Source: a candidate division WOR-3 bacterium
GTDB taxonomy: Bacteria; Hydrothermota; Tepidihabitantia; SM23-42; CAYGYG01
Length of the DNA stretch: 64,000 nucleotides
NCBI GenBank assembly: GCA_965648915.1
Contig: CBFGIV010000006.1
Span: 2,109-66,108 of the forward strand
Direction: 5' to 3'
The notes under the pieces were generated by a model. It was not told the DNA's origin. It did not search any database and was given only the letters and a program-made list of their open reading frames with translations. The translations under genes were made by a program, and so were the position numbers. Of the stretch, positions 10,264 to 19,134 are shown one piece after another (position 1 is the stretch's first letter; each line of letters starts with the position of its first letter).

Positions 10264-11332
10264 CCATCAACTCATTGAAGCGCTGAAAGAGAAAAGATGT
10301 ATCTCTTGGCCCGGGTGTCGCTTCTGGATGAAACTGAACCGAGAAGAGAGGCAGTTTTCGGTGACTCATCCCCTCGATCGTTCCGTCATTCACATTGAAC
10401 CAGTCGAAGTTTATCTCCTTTATGGTTCTATCCGGCTTCAGCGCATAGCCATGGTTCTGGGAGGTTATATAGACATTGTTTGATTTTAAGTCATAAACCG
10501 GATGGTTGGCACCGCGATGGCCGAACTTTAATTTATAAGCCTTAGCACCAAAGGCCAGTCCTAAGAGTTGATTGCCCAGACAGATACCAAAGATGGGATA
10601 TTGCCCGATCAGTGATTTAATAGTCCTGACCGTAGTTGAGACGATTTCTGGGTGTTCAGGGTTACCGGGCCCGTTTGAGATTACTACGCCGTCAGGTTTT
10701 AATTTTTTAATCGTCGGATAGGTTGTATTGTAAGGAACCTGGATGACCTGGGCAAATTTTAAGAGATTCTTTATAATAGATTTTTTTACACCACAATCGA
10801 TCAAAACCACTCTTTTCTTACCGTTGCTTGAGTGGTGGATGATCTTCTTACAGGAGACTTGAGCAACAAGATTTTCAGTATCAGGATGGGGGAGGCTTCT
10901 GACCTTTTTGATCAATCTTTGAATATTGAGATTTTTTGAAGTATGAACGAGAAGTGCCTTCATCGTTCCGTGGTAACGAATTTTTAATGTCAGGGCCCGG
11001 GTATCGATCCCCCAGATGCCGGGAATTCGATTGCGGACCAGGTATTTATTGATCCTCTCACCCCGGGTCGAAAAAAAAGCGGGCTCTTTAATTACGAGCC
11101 CGCGAATCTTAACCGAACTCGATTCGCATAACTTTAAGTGGAAGCCGTAATTGCCAATCAGAGGATATGTCAGGATTAGAATCTGTCCGGCATAGGAGGG
11201 GTCGGTAAATGCCTCTTGATAACCGGTCATTGAGGTATTAAAGACAATCTCACCAAATACTTCTCCCTCAATGCCAAAACCATGACCCGGAACAACGGTC
11301 CCGTCCTCCAGGATAAGAACTGCCTTTGCCAT
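10247..11332 (-). CDS. carA: Carbamoyl-phosphate synthase small (glutamine amidotransferase) subunit
   Basis: 361 aa. GATase catalytic Cys context GICLGNQLL. Overlaps carB start by 17 nt (operon). Confidence 0.95.
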   Translation of the reverse strand: MAKAVLILEDGTVVPGHGFGIEGEVFGEIVFNTSMTGYQEAFTDPSYAGQILILTYPLIGNYGFHLKLCESSSVKIRGLVIKEPAFFSTRGERINKYLVRNRIPGIWGIDTRALTLKIRYHGTMKALLVHTSKNLNIQRLIKKVRSLPHPDTENLVAQVSCKKIIHHSSNGKKRVVLIDCGVKKSIIKNLLKFAQVIQVPYNTTYPTIKKLKPDGVVISNGPGNPEHPEIVSTTVRTIKSLIGQYPIFGICLGNQLLGLAFGAKAYKLKFGHRGANHPVYDLKSNNVYITSQNHGYALKPDRTIKEINFDWFNVNDGTIEGMSHRKLPLFSVQFHPEATPGPRDTSFLFQRFNELMDGKAD

Positions 11333-11343
11333 CGCCGAGTTCT

Positions 11344-11371
11344 ATTCTACCGTAAAAAGGGGAAATGTCAA
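11344..11371 (-). promoter_or_regulatory. Candidate sigma-70 promoter for carAB (TTGACA-N16-TAGAAT)
   Basis: On the minus strand, TTGACA (11371-11366), 16-nt spacer, TAGAAT (11349-11344). Predicted TSS is only about 5 nt upstream of the carA ATG (near-leaderless). Confidence 0.4.
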
Positions 11372-11421
11372 GAAGATTTACTATACCAGTGAACGGATTG
11401 TAGGTGAAGACTAATTCTGGA

Positions 11422-12231
11422 TTAATCGGGTGTTTTGAAGAGTCTAAGATTGCGCACGGGCTGAAATAAAGGTCTGACCAGTATCTTCCCGCCGATTGAA
11501 TCGAGGTCAACGATACTGATCAGGGCAAAAAAACCATCCTGAGTGTAGAGTGCATAAACCCGGCCCGGCGTAATTGAGCATTTTGAATAATAACCTGAAT
11601 TGGGTAATGTATCAATCTCGGTCAGACTACCCGAAAGAGGGCCGAAGAAACCATTTGTGTGCATTGTTCCCAAAAGTTGCCATTTGATGGTTGAATCGGT
11701 TGGTATTAGATTCGGACTGGCGATATAATAAGGTTGAGAAGTTGAATCCGACCGATAATTGGTGAGATAAAAGTCGACACCACTGATATTGGAACTGTCA
11801 TACATTGGATGGGATGTGGACTGCCCTGAATCCCGGCTCAGACCGAAACCATTTGGATTTCTGCTGTTTATTTCCCGCACCGGTAAATCTATGCCCGGTA
11901 ATGGAATACTGCTTACCTCATCACTCGGTCCGCTTAAAATTGAACCTTTGTATTCAATTAAATAATATCTACCGGTGGTTGCTGGTTTATTGTGGATATA
12001 GCCACTGTTTATGAAGGATTTAACTGTATCGATCGGTTGATTATTGAAATAGATTATATAACCATCAGGTTGGTTTATTGTATCTGGCTCCCAGGTAATC
12101 CTTATCGATAAGCCGTCATATTCGGCGGCAATTCCGATATTCTGAGGCGCAGGCAGATATTCAACCTTTGATGGGCAACTCAGGTTGTTGATAGTCAGGA
12201 TAATTATCAGGAGAAGGAATCTTTTGATCAT
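11422..12231 (-). CDS. Hypothetical lipoprotein with N-terminal fibronectin-III-like region
   Basis: 269 aa. Signal plus lipobox-like LSCPS. 4-nt ATGA overlap with the upstream M6 peptidase gene (co-transcribed). Confidence 0.4.
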   Translation of the reverse strand: MIKRFLLLIIILTINNLSCPSKVEYLPAPQNIGIAAEYDGLSIRITWEPDTINQPDGYIIYFNNQPIDTVKSFINSGYIHNKPATTGRYYLIEYKGSILSGPSDEVSSIPLPGIDLPVREINSRNPNGFGLSRDSGQSTSHPMYDSSNISGVDFYLTNYRSDSTSQPYYIASPNLIPTDSTIKWQLLGTMHTNGFFGPLSGSLTEIDTLPNSGYYSKCSITPGRVYALYTQDGFFALISIVDLDSIGGKILVRPLFQPVRNLRLFKTPD

Positions 12232-15200
12232 CGGACAATTGCAAATTTGAAAAACTTAACCTCTTTCTCATTACCATCCCTTGCTTCAATCCGGGCAATA
12301 TAGACACCTGCTGCCTGATTGATAAATTCAACCCGGACTTCGTTATATTCATTCTCGGTTAGATGGACTGGTTCATTCTTGGTCAGGGTCCGGCCCGTAA
12401 CATCGAGGATTTCGACTTTAACCCGGTCGCCCCGATTCAGGAAGAAACGGATGCGTGCCCAATCCTTGCAGGGGTTGGGATAGACATAGAAGGAGCCGAT
12501 TAATCCGGTTGTGGTTCGAGGAGTTGCTTCGGGCAGCCCTTCATAGAGCCCCCAGCATTTTGGCCCATTCATATAGCCTGACCAGGCGGTCTTCTTACCA
12601 GGAAAGTCCCAGACATAGACCACACCGGAATCAGAGCCACAGGCGAGTTCAATATCACCATCTCCGTCTAAGTCAAAGATTGCACCGGCTGATGAGAAGC
12701 CGCCGAGGCCAAAGAGCGGCGAATAACTGAATTTCAGCCGACGGTTATGGAAAAGAAGAAGATTATTTTTCTGGCCGGAAGTTATCTCGAATGTATCATT
12801 TCCATCAAGATCTGCGACCAGTAAAGGGTTTCGATAACGCTCGGTTGTATCGTTAAGCACAAGCGGAAATTCATTCTCGAGTGTTCCATTACGATTGAAG
12901 ACAAAATAGTAGTTTTGAGCAGGAATGATTATCTCGAGATAACCATCACGGTCAACATCAGCCAGACCGGGCGTTATTGAGATGGTTGTATCGATCGGGA
13001 TAGTCCATTCAGCCTCAATCCCATCTTCTGAGATAACATAGATATTGCCGATGCCATTTATCACAACCGCCTCATTTTTCCCATCCCGGTCAAGATCACC
13101 AACGACCGGTGAGGCATAGGTGTAGGCAATATTTGATGGGGCGGTAAAGTTCTTTTCAATCTGACCGTGGGCAGAAAGTATATAAAATGTACCATCGGCG
13201 GTCATCACACCAATCTTTTTATTCTCTTTATTAAAGATACAGGGTGTGGAGAATATCTCGGTGGGAAATTTAACCGGAAAACCCGCAACCGTTGTTGTGT
13301 CATAATTGAGTGCATAGAGTTTCCGGTCACCCGAACCGAATATAATTTCATACTGACCATCACCATCGATATCAAAAAGTGAAGCCGGACCGAGGTTCAG
13401 GTTTTCACAATCAAAAGGAAATCCAGGCAGTAATGAACCGGTCTGGCCATCAAAGGCAAAGATCTGTTTTTTGCAGATGCCGACAATATCTTCACCACCA
13501 TCACCGTTAATATCACCGATCGTTAGAGGAATATTACTTGAGTCCGGTAAGCGGGCAAAGGGTTCTGATTGATGAACCCCACCGGTATCATTGTAGGCAT
13601 AGATGAAACCAAAGTCAGAAAGGACAATAATCTCCCGCCGACCATCGCCGTTTAAATCACCCCAGGAAAGGTGTTTAATTTTTGTTGTAATCGGCAGATG
13701 GACGGGGAACCCCTTCTGATAGAGATCAAACTTTACCGAGATATTCATCAGTGTATCGGGTGGAGATTTTACTTCGATACTTATCGAAGTCTTACCCCGA
13801 TAGGCATCAGAGTTGGGATTGGTGAATGGACCGAATTTGGTATTACCCCCAACAAAATATGGGTCAAAACCCGAACCATTCATCTCAAGGCTATCCACAT
13901 AGTACCAGGCATCAAAGTGTTGTATCCCATCTGCCTCTTCAAGGTCAACCCCTTTATGTTTAGGATCGACCTGGACCTCATCGTAAGCATATTTTTCTCT
14001 AATTACTGCCTCGTCGATATGCCAGATCAAGATTCCACTCCCGGGTAGTAAAAAGTCCCATTCACCGTGATCGATATAAATGGGCACACCATCTTCGACA
14101 TCAACGATGACCGTATCTTTTGGTTTAGCAACGCTCTTCTGACGATTTTCGATGAGAAAATATTCATCGGTTGAGATTGGGATCTTGACCATTGTATTGG
14201 TTAGAGGGAAACGGTTAGTATCGTTCTCAACCGCGCGCAGCGTAAATGTTGTTTCGCGTTTTTCAATTACAAATGGTCTATCCCAGTCCATCCAGATTTT
14301 ATTATAGGCACTCAATCCGGTGGGGATAACTCCATAAGGTATACCACCCTCTGGATAACCGACCCATCCACCCCGACACATAATATCCCAGGCACCGGTT
14401 CCATTTGACCAGCCGGTAACATCATAAAAATCAAAGAAGCCATAACCTAAATGGCCGAATTCGTGGATTAGGAGGGCAGGCAGTCCGATAAAGAAACTAT
14501 CGACCCGGGCCATTTCCGGAATTATCGTTCCTTCCCAGATTGTGTCGGTGCCATTGTTGGCAAGGATATAAGGGATACCCAGGTAGGGCTCTAATGCTCC
14601 ATAAGGGATAGTTGCGGTGTAAAGATCGTGGGGCCGATTAAAATAGTAACTGGTCTGAATGGTCGTTCCGGCGTGAAAGACAATTATCTTATCGTAGTCC
14701 GAAAAATCGACTGAGGGGTCCTCATCGGCGGCTCCAACTGCATCGGCGAGGAGCCGGCAGAGTCCAATTTCGGGGTGGAGTGTGTCGCCATAATATTTCA
14801 TCTGGTGATGCAGTTGATAACCGTTTCTTATCTCATCCGGCTTGACCGTGTATAATATTTCGGATTGGCCATAGGAATTTACCTTATAGTAATTCCTCAG
14901 ATATTGTAACTGGCGCTCAAAATAGCCTTTATTGTGGGGCGGGTCATAGAAGAGACCGGAGTCTGGAGTATAAAGTCCGTTCAGATCGAATCTACCATTG
15001 CCGGTCGTGAGTGTATCGTTATCTTCAATAAATTCAACCCGCAGGGCAAGAACCTTGATGGTGTCGACCTGACGGCCAAATTTCTTTACCGGCTTCCGAT
15101 AGGGGAACCCTTTGAATAATCTAACCGTTTTATAATTTTTGAATGGGACAGGTGGCTTCTGGGGTTTAGCAATTTTGATTTGAGTCCCAAAGCCAATTCC

Positions 15201-15233
15201 CAGGGCAACAAAAAAAAGTAAGATCTTTTTCAT
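12228..15233 (-). CDS. Secreted M6-family (immune inhibitor A-like) zinc metallopeptidase with FG-GAP/VCBS-type repeats and T9SS C-terminal domain
   Basis: 1001 aa. Signal peptide MKKILLFFVALGIGFG. HEFGHLGYGFFDFYD (HExxH...DxYD as in M6 InhA). At least six DxDGDG-type calcium-binding FG-GAP turns (DLNGDGRREII, DINGDGGEDIV, DIDGDGQYEII, DLDRDGKNEAV, DVDRDGYLEII, DLDGDGDIELA). C-terminal YVYPNPC...VEILDVTGRTL...GVYIARIEA T9SS tail. Confidence 0.6.
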   Translation of the reverse strand: MKKILLFFVALGIGFGTQIKIAKPQKPPVPFKNYKTVRLFKGFPYRKPVKKFGRQVDTIKVLALRVEFIEDNDTLTTGNGRFDLNGLYTPDSGLFYDPPHNKGYFERQLQYLRNYYKVNSYGQSEILYTVKPDEIRNGYQLHHQMKYYGDTLHPEIGLCRLLADAVGAADEDPSVDFSDYDKIIVFHAGTTIQTSYYFNRPHDLYTATIPYGALEPYLGIPYILANNGTDTIWEGTIIPEMARVDSFFIGLPALLIHEFGHLGYGFFDFYDVTGWSNGTGAWDIMCRGGWVGYPEGGIPYGVIPTGLSAYNKIWMDWDRPFVIEKRETTFTLRAVENDTNRFPLTNTMVKIPISTDEYFLIENRQKSVAKPKDTVIVDVEDGVPIYIDHGEWDFLLPGSGILIWHIDEAVIREKYAYDEVQVDPKHKGVDLEEADGIQHFDAWYYVDSLEMNGSGFDPYFVGGNTKFGPFTNPNSDAYRGKTSISIEVKSPPDTLMNISVKFDLYQKGFPVHLPITTKIKHLSWGDLNGDGRREIIVLSDFGFIYAYNDTGGVHQSEPFARLPDSSNIPLTIGDINGDGGEDIVGICKKQIFAFDGQTGSLLPGFPFDCENLNLGPASLFDIDGDGQYEIIFGSGDRKLYALNYDTTTVAGFPVKFPTEIFSTPCIFNKENKKIGVMTADGTFYILSAHGQIEKNFTAPSNIAYTYASPVVGDLDRDGKNEAVVINGIGNIYVISEDGIEAEWTIPIDTTISITPGLADVDRDGYLEIIIPAQNYYFVFNRNGTLENEFPLVLNDTTERYRNPLLVADLDGNDTFEITSGQKNNLLLFHNRRLKFSYSPLFGLGGFSSAGAIFDLDGDGDIELACGSDSGVVYVWDFPGKKTAWSGYMNGPKCWGLYEGLPEATPRTTTGLIGSFYVYPNPCKDWARIRFFLNRGDRVKVEILDVTGRTLTKNEPVHLTENEYNEVRVEFINQAAGVYIARIEARDGNEKEVKFFKFAIVR

Positions 15234-15261
15234 TAAATTTCCTTAAAGTAAGGAAGATATA

Positions 15262-15289
15262 ATACTATACGGTTTTGGGATTTAGTCAA
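15262..15289 (-). promoter_or_regulatory. Candidate sigma-70 promoter for the M6 peptidase operon (TTGACT-N16-TAGTAT)
   Basis: Minus strand: TTGACT (15289-15284), 16-nt spacer, TAGTAT (15267-15262). RBS AAGGAAA before ATG 15233. Confidence 0.4.
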
Positions 15290-15521
15290 TGATTTTGTGA
15301 CTGTGCCTGAACTAACAACGGTACCTTTTGGACAAAATCCGAACTTATTTTGAACAAAACCCTGATACCGAACTTTGACTTGTGTGTCGCCTTCGGCGAC
15401 GCACACCCACCCACCACCCAAAACGGACGGGTGGGCAAAAATTCATTTCCCCCAGACCCCCTTTTCTTTTTGCCAGCCCGCCATGCCCGCTTCGCGGGCG
15501 AGCCAATAAGGAGATTTAAAT

Positions 15522-16334
15522 TTATTGTTTGACTTTTAACTCCTCTAAAAAATTTTCTAATAATAAAGCACTAAAACAAAATTCATCTTTTTTGAGACTT
15601 TCTAGTGTTGATTTCATCGCTCCACCTAACCAAGCAACACCATCAATAATGGCAATTTTTATTACATTAGAAGGGCATTTAGTTTCTTTTACTAAACTCA
15701 CCGCTTCTTTAAATTGATTGTCTTGTGAACCACCAAAATCTGTTATAAATTTAGCAGTTCCTATTATATAGCTACTTTCATAAATCTTTGCTACAAAATC
15801 TAATCCTTTGCTTAATTCTCTAAATTTACATTTTAATTCTTTTTTCGCATATTCTTTTAGAAATTTATCTCCACCATTTAAAAAAATTATTTTATTATTC
15901 ACTTCTAAAAATTCATCGATATTTAAAAAATCAAATTTATTCTTAAGCCATGTTCTAAACATTGGCCCTATTCTTCTACTAGCTTTTTTCGGTGCTTCTA
16001 ATTTTTCTTTTAATTCATCATAATTCATTTCAAATAATTTATTGCAAATTCTTCCAATTGTCATCGGATTTTTATCAATTGCGTCTTCGCAATGGGTTAA
16101 AAAACTAATATAAGGATTTTCTATTGGGAATTTAAACCCTCGCTTTTTTAGCCTTATTAACTCTTTTACTAATTTCACACAATTTTTTTCTTGAAAAAGT
16201 AATTTCAACATCGGGGACTCTTTTTCTATAGCCTTCCCTCTACTAATTTCATCTGGAGGGTATATCTCCATTAACCTATCTAAGTAAAATTTACTTTTTG
16301 CTAAATTTATACTTTTTTGAACGTACTTATTCAT
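15522..16334 (-). CDS. Putative type II restriction endonuclease (cognate of the upstream methyltransferase)
   Basis: 270 aa, no recognisable conserved family from sequence alone. Called from context: 8 nt downstream of a gamma-class DNA MTase in the same orientation, and sharing its strikingly low GC (about 28-30% by eye) versus surrounding genes. Confidence 0.4.
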   Translation of the reverse strand: MNKYVQKSINLAKSKFYLDRLMEIYPPDEISRGKAIEKESPMLKLLFQEKNCVKLVKELIRLKKRGFKFPIENPYISFLTHCEDAIDKNPMTIGRICNKLFEMNYDELKEKLEAPKKASRRIGPMFRTWLKNKFDFLNIDEFLEVNNKIIFLNGGDKFLKEYAKKELKCKFRELSKGLDFVAKIYESSYIIGTAKFITDFGGSQDNQFKEAVSLVKETKCPSNVIKIAIIDGVAWLGGAMKSTLESLKKDEFCFSALLLENFLEELKVKQ

Positions 16335-16342
16335 AATTATAT

Positions 16343-17863
16343 TTAAAAAAGTGTTATCTGATTTTCAATTTTTTTATTTAGATTTAATAGAACATCTTTA
16401 ATTCCTTCTATATTTTTTTGCTCCATTAAAATTTTTAACATTTTTTTCTTCTCCTCAGAAATTAAATGAATAGGAAATGTTTCTAATAATTTTTTTGCTT
16501 GGGACAATCCCAAATATTTACGAATATAATTCGAATTAGAATATTTAAAGGTAGTGAGAAATTCACTATCTGTAATATTTCTAAAATACTCGAGCATTAG
16601 ATTAAAGTAATTTTTTAATAAAAGCAAATCATCGTGAGCAAGCTCCGGAGTTATAAAAATTTGAATAGGATGAGTACGATACTTCTCTTTTGTAACTACA
16701 ATTCCATCTACTCCAAATATTTCTTTAACATTATAAATTCCTGCTCTACCTTCCCAGCTTCCAGTGTCTAAGGTTCGTATAAATAAAGGATTGTTCTGTA
16801 ATTTCTTATAGAGTCTTTCATTAACCGTGTATGTATTGAATCTGAAATATCCATTAGAAAAACTATTTACATCTAAAAGTTTAACTATTTTTGAGCCCTT
16901 ATTTTTTTCAACCTCGTCCAAAGTTAAATAAAATCTAATTTTTAATGGCGCAGAGAATTTAAAATAAGAAACAAATTCTTCAAACTCTCCTCCTGCTCTA
17001 TAAAAATTTTTTGGTGATAAATTATATTCTTTCTCTATTGTTTTGCTGTTTATTTTTAAAGCCTTGAAAATGATAGGATTCTGCGAAGGTTGTTTCTTCT
17101 TTTCAAAAAAACATATACAAACGTTGGTGCCCGTAAACTCAAAAATCTTTCTTTCAAATATAATAGCCTTTTTAATGTTATAAAAGGGGAAGAAATCTTT
17201 TCTAATTTTATTAGACACAGAAAAACCAAACAAAAAATTAGTAGGAATTATATAGATCAATTTTTCTAAATTATGTCTTAAATCATTAATAAGGGCAATT
17301 TGATATAAATCCTGGTATCCTTCATTCGGACCAAAAAAATATTTCAAATTTCTCTCAGAATTCTTTGCAATATATCCCAAATAAAGATAGGGTGGATTTG
17401 TTATGTGATAAGGAGAATATTTAAGATGTTTAAATTCCGGATAATGTTGTAAAGTGTCTCTTAATTGTATATTCCTCCTAGCTATTTCATCAGGAATTCC
17501 ATAGCTTTTAGCATTTTCAATAGACCTTTCAACCATTTCCTTTTGAATATCAAAAAGAAAAATATGATTTTTGAAAAAATCAATTCTTTTATTTTTAGGA
17601 ATTGTATCCAATATCGGCAAAATTAAATTCCCTTCGCCAGCAAATAAATCTATCCATGTATAGTTATAAATAATGTCTTTAATTTCCGGGAATATAAACT
17701 TTTTAAAAATGTCTATAGATGTAAGGTGCACTCCAAATTCTCTTCTTTTTCTCTCCACAGAAATATAAGTTGCCATTCCTAAATCTCTAACATACCCGCC
17801 ATTTTTATCAGGTTTAACAAGAAGTTTTTCTTTTTTGGGTTTGTATTTAACTGTTTGTTTCAT
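16343..17863 (-). CDS. Site-specific DNA N6-adenine methyltransferase, gamma class (type II R-M methylase)
   Basis: 506 aa. Motif I DLFAGEGNL (FxGxG) precedes motif IV HITNPPY (NPPY), the gamma-class order as in M.TaqI. C-terminal half is a likely target-recognition domain. Confidence 0.75.
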   Translation of the reverse strand: MKQTVKYKPKKEKLLVKPDKNGGYVRDLGMATYISVERKRREFGVHLTSIDIFKKFIFPEIKDIIYNYTWIDLFAGEGNLILPILDTIPKNKRIDFFKNHIFLFDIQKEMVERSIENAKSYGIPDEIARRNIQLRDTLQHYPEFKHLKYSPYHITNPPYLYLGYIAKNSERNLKYFFGPNEGYQDLYQIALINDLRHNLEKLIYIIPTNFLFGFSVSNKIRKDFFPFYNIKKAIIFERKIFEFTGTNVCICFFEKKKQPSQNPIIFKALKINSKTIEKEYNLSPKNFYRAGGEFEEFVSYFKFSAPLKIRFYLTLDEVEKNKGSKIVKLLDVNSFSNGYFRFNTYTVNERLYKKLQNNPLFIRTLDTGSWEGRAGIYNVKEIFGVDGIVVTKEKYRTHPIQIFITPELAHDDLLLLKNYFNLMLEYFRNITDSEFLTTFKYSNSNYIRKYLGLSQAKKLLETFPIHLISEEKKKMLKILMEQKNIEGIKDVLLNLNKKIENQITLF

Positions 17864-17915
17864 AATTTAATCTAACGAGGTGAACCCCATCATTTTGGAC
17901 AAAAACAGGGCTCAT

Positions 17916-18773
17916 TTATGATACACTTTTTTGACTCATTGTCAAACACCATTTTTGTGACGCCAGCATCTGGCTCGGTGTTTGATAGTTAAGCGTCTGA
18001 TGGACTCTTTCGTTCTCATGCCAGACTCGATATAATTCCCAACCCGTTTTCGCTTCCGCAAAATCCCGATATTCGTTCCGATAAACCTCTTCCACCTTAT
18101 ACTTGCCAAAAAATGACTCAATATATGGCTTATCATCAGGACATCGAATACCAGCATACTCTAAGATAACACCCAGCCTTTTCGCCGTCTCCCGAAACTT
18201 CCTGGCCCTGAATTGTGACCCACGATCAACCCGTAAAACCAGCCGATGACCTTCAGGCACTTTGCCTTGAAAGCGCTTTAAAACCGCCTGCTCTAAAACA
18301 CTGGCCGCTTCATCGGCCCGACAACGGTTACCAAAATAATCACCCGGTAAACCTTTATCATAACCATCGATCAGTGCAAAAAGATAACCTTGCTGATTAC
18401 CACACCAGACATAGGTTAAATCCTCTTCCCAATAGACATTGGAAATGGTGGGATAAACCGTCGCTAACTGGGTAGGCTTCTGACCTTTGACCTTTCTCGG
18501 CTGTAATAACCCTAAATGCTTCATATAGCGATAAACCCGCTTATGATTTACCAACCAGCCCCGAGCTTTCAAGGTCGCAGTGACCTTACGATAACCGTAA
18601 ACCGACGCCTTTCTATGAATCGCTTGAATCGCTAAACAGAGCAAGGGATCAAAGAACCGCACCCTCTTTAATGGCTTGGATTTGTAGTAATAGGTGCTCC
18701 GGCCCAAACCAACCACGGCTAAAGCCTCGCTTTGGGTCAAACCCTTTTCCTGGATTAATTTATCCACCAACAT
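17916..18773 (-). CDS. IS3-family transposase OrfB (DDE integrase core); expressed as OrfAB by -1 frameshift
   Basis: 285 aa from the first in-frame Met. rve-domain motifs (DLTYVWCGNQQGYLFALIDGY..., RVDRGSQFRA..., C-terminal YNxxRxHxxLxYxTP). The reading frame is open upstream to the slippery site. Confidence 0.85.
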   Translation of the reverse strand: MLVDKLIQEKGLTQSEALAVVGLGRSTYYYKSKPLKRVRFFDPLLCLAIQAIHRKASVYGYRKVTATLKARGWLVNHKRVYRYMKHLGLLQPRKVKGQKPTQLATVYPTISNVYWEEDLTYVWCGNQQGYLFALIDGYDKGLPGDYFGNRCRADEAASVLEQAVLKRFQGKVPEGHRLVLRVDRGSQFRARKFRETAKRLGVILEYAGIRCPDDKPYIESFFGKYKVEEVYRNEYRDFAEAKTGWELYRVWHENERVHQTLNYQTPSQMLASQKWCLTMSQKSVS

Positions 18774-18790
18774 ACGCTTCTCCTTGAACT

Positions 18791-19105
18791 TTAATGCCCA
18801 AGAACCTTTTTTTGGGTCTCAATGATTAGCGAAAGGCTGCCCACCAGCTCTTTTAATCGACGGTTCTCTTCCAGAATCGGATCTCGACCGTTCTTGCTTC
18901 GCCTATCGCTTAAGGCTTTCTTACCACCTTCCAGAAATTGATCGCGCCAGTGGTACGCCTGGGATGTGGTTACTTGGTGCCTGTGGCAGATCTCGGTCAC
19001 CGCTTGATCCCCTTTTAGCATCTCAAGTACAATCGATAGCTTCTCTTCAAAAGACCAAACCTTCCGATCCATCTTTAAACTCCTTTCTTGCCCGGAGTAT
19101 AACAA
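18791..19105 (-). CDS. IS3-family transposase OrfA (helix-turn-helix)
   Basis: 104 aa. Typical IS3 OrfA N-terminus (WSFEEKLSIVLEMLKGDQAVTEICHRHQVTTSQAYHWRDQF) and leucine-zipper-like C-terminus. Ends just after the frameshift heptamer. Confidence 0.8.
   Translation of the reverse strand: MLYSGQERSLKMDRKVWSFEEKLSIVLEMLKGDQAVTEICHRHQVTTSQAYHWRDQFLEGGKKALSDRRSKNGRDPILEENRRLKELVGSLSLIIETQKKVLGH
18807..18813 (-). promoter_or_regulatory. Programmed -1 ribosomal frameshift heptamer A_AAA_AAG at the orfA/orfB overlap
   Basis: Minus-strand CAA AAA AAG GTT in the OrfA frame. The -1 frame continues as KKGSWALKFKEKR-MLVDK into OrfB without a stop. Confidence 0.7.
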
Positions 19106-19134
19106 ATACTCATGTCCAAGTCAAGAAGGGTTCA

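Larger units (their letters stand above)
17881..19134 (-). mobile_element. IS3-family insertion sequence (about 1254 bp) with orfA/orfB and programmed -1 frameshift
   Basis: Terminal imperfect inverted repeats TGAACCCCATCATTTTGGACA (17881...) and TGTCCAAGTCAAGAAGGGTTCA (...19134), giving TG...CA ends. orfA (HTH) and orfB (DDE rve) overlap around A_AAA_AAG. No matching 3-5 bp target-site duplication at the flanks. Confidence 0.8.

Noticed and set aside
15383-15505. GC-rich hairpins as Rho-independent terminators of the REase gene or the M6 peptidase region
   Set aside because: None is followed by a U/T tract on either strand, and loops are UUCG/GAAG-type. More likely structural or repeat elements (reported as a finding) than intrinsic terminators.
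15234-15521. Direct repeat of the tRNA-Ser 3' end (attR-type site) at the far islet boundary
   Set aside because: I looked for GGATTTGAACCC-like strings copying the tRNA 3' half and found none. Also the adjacent recombinase is a serine recombinase, which does not usually use tRNA att sites.
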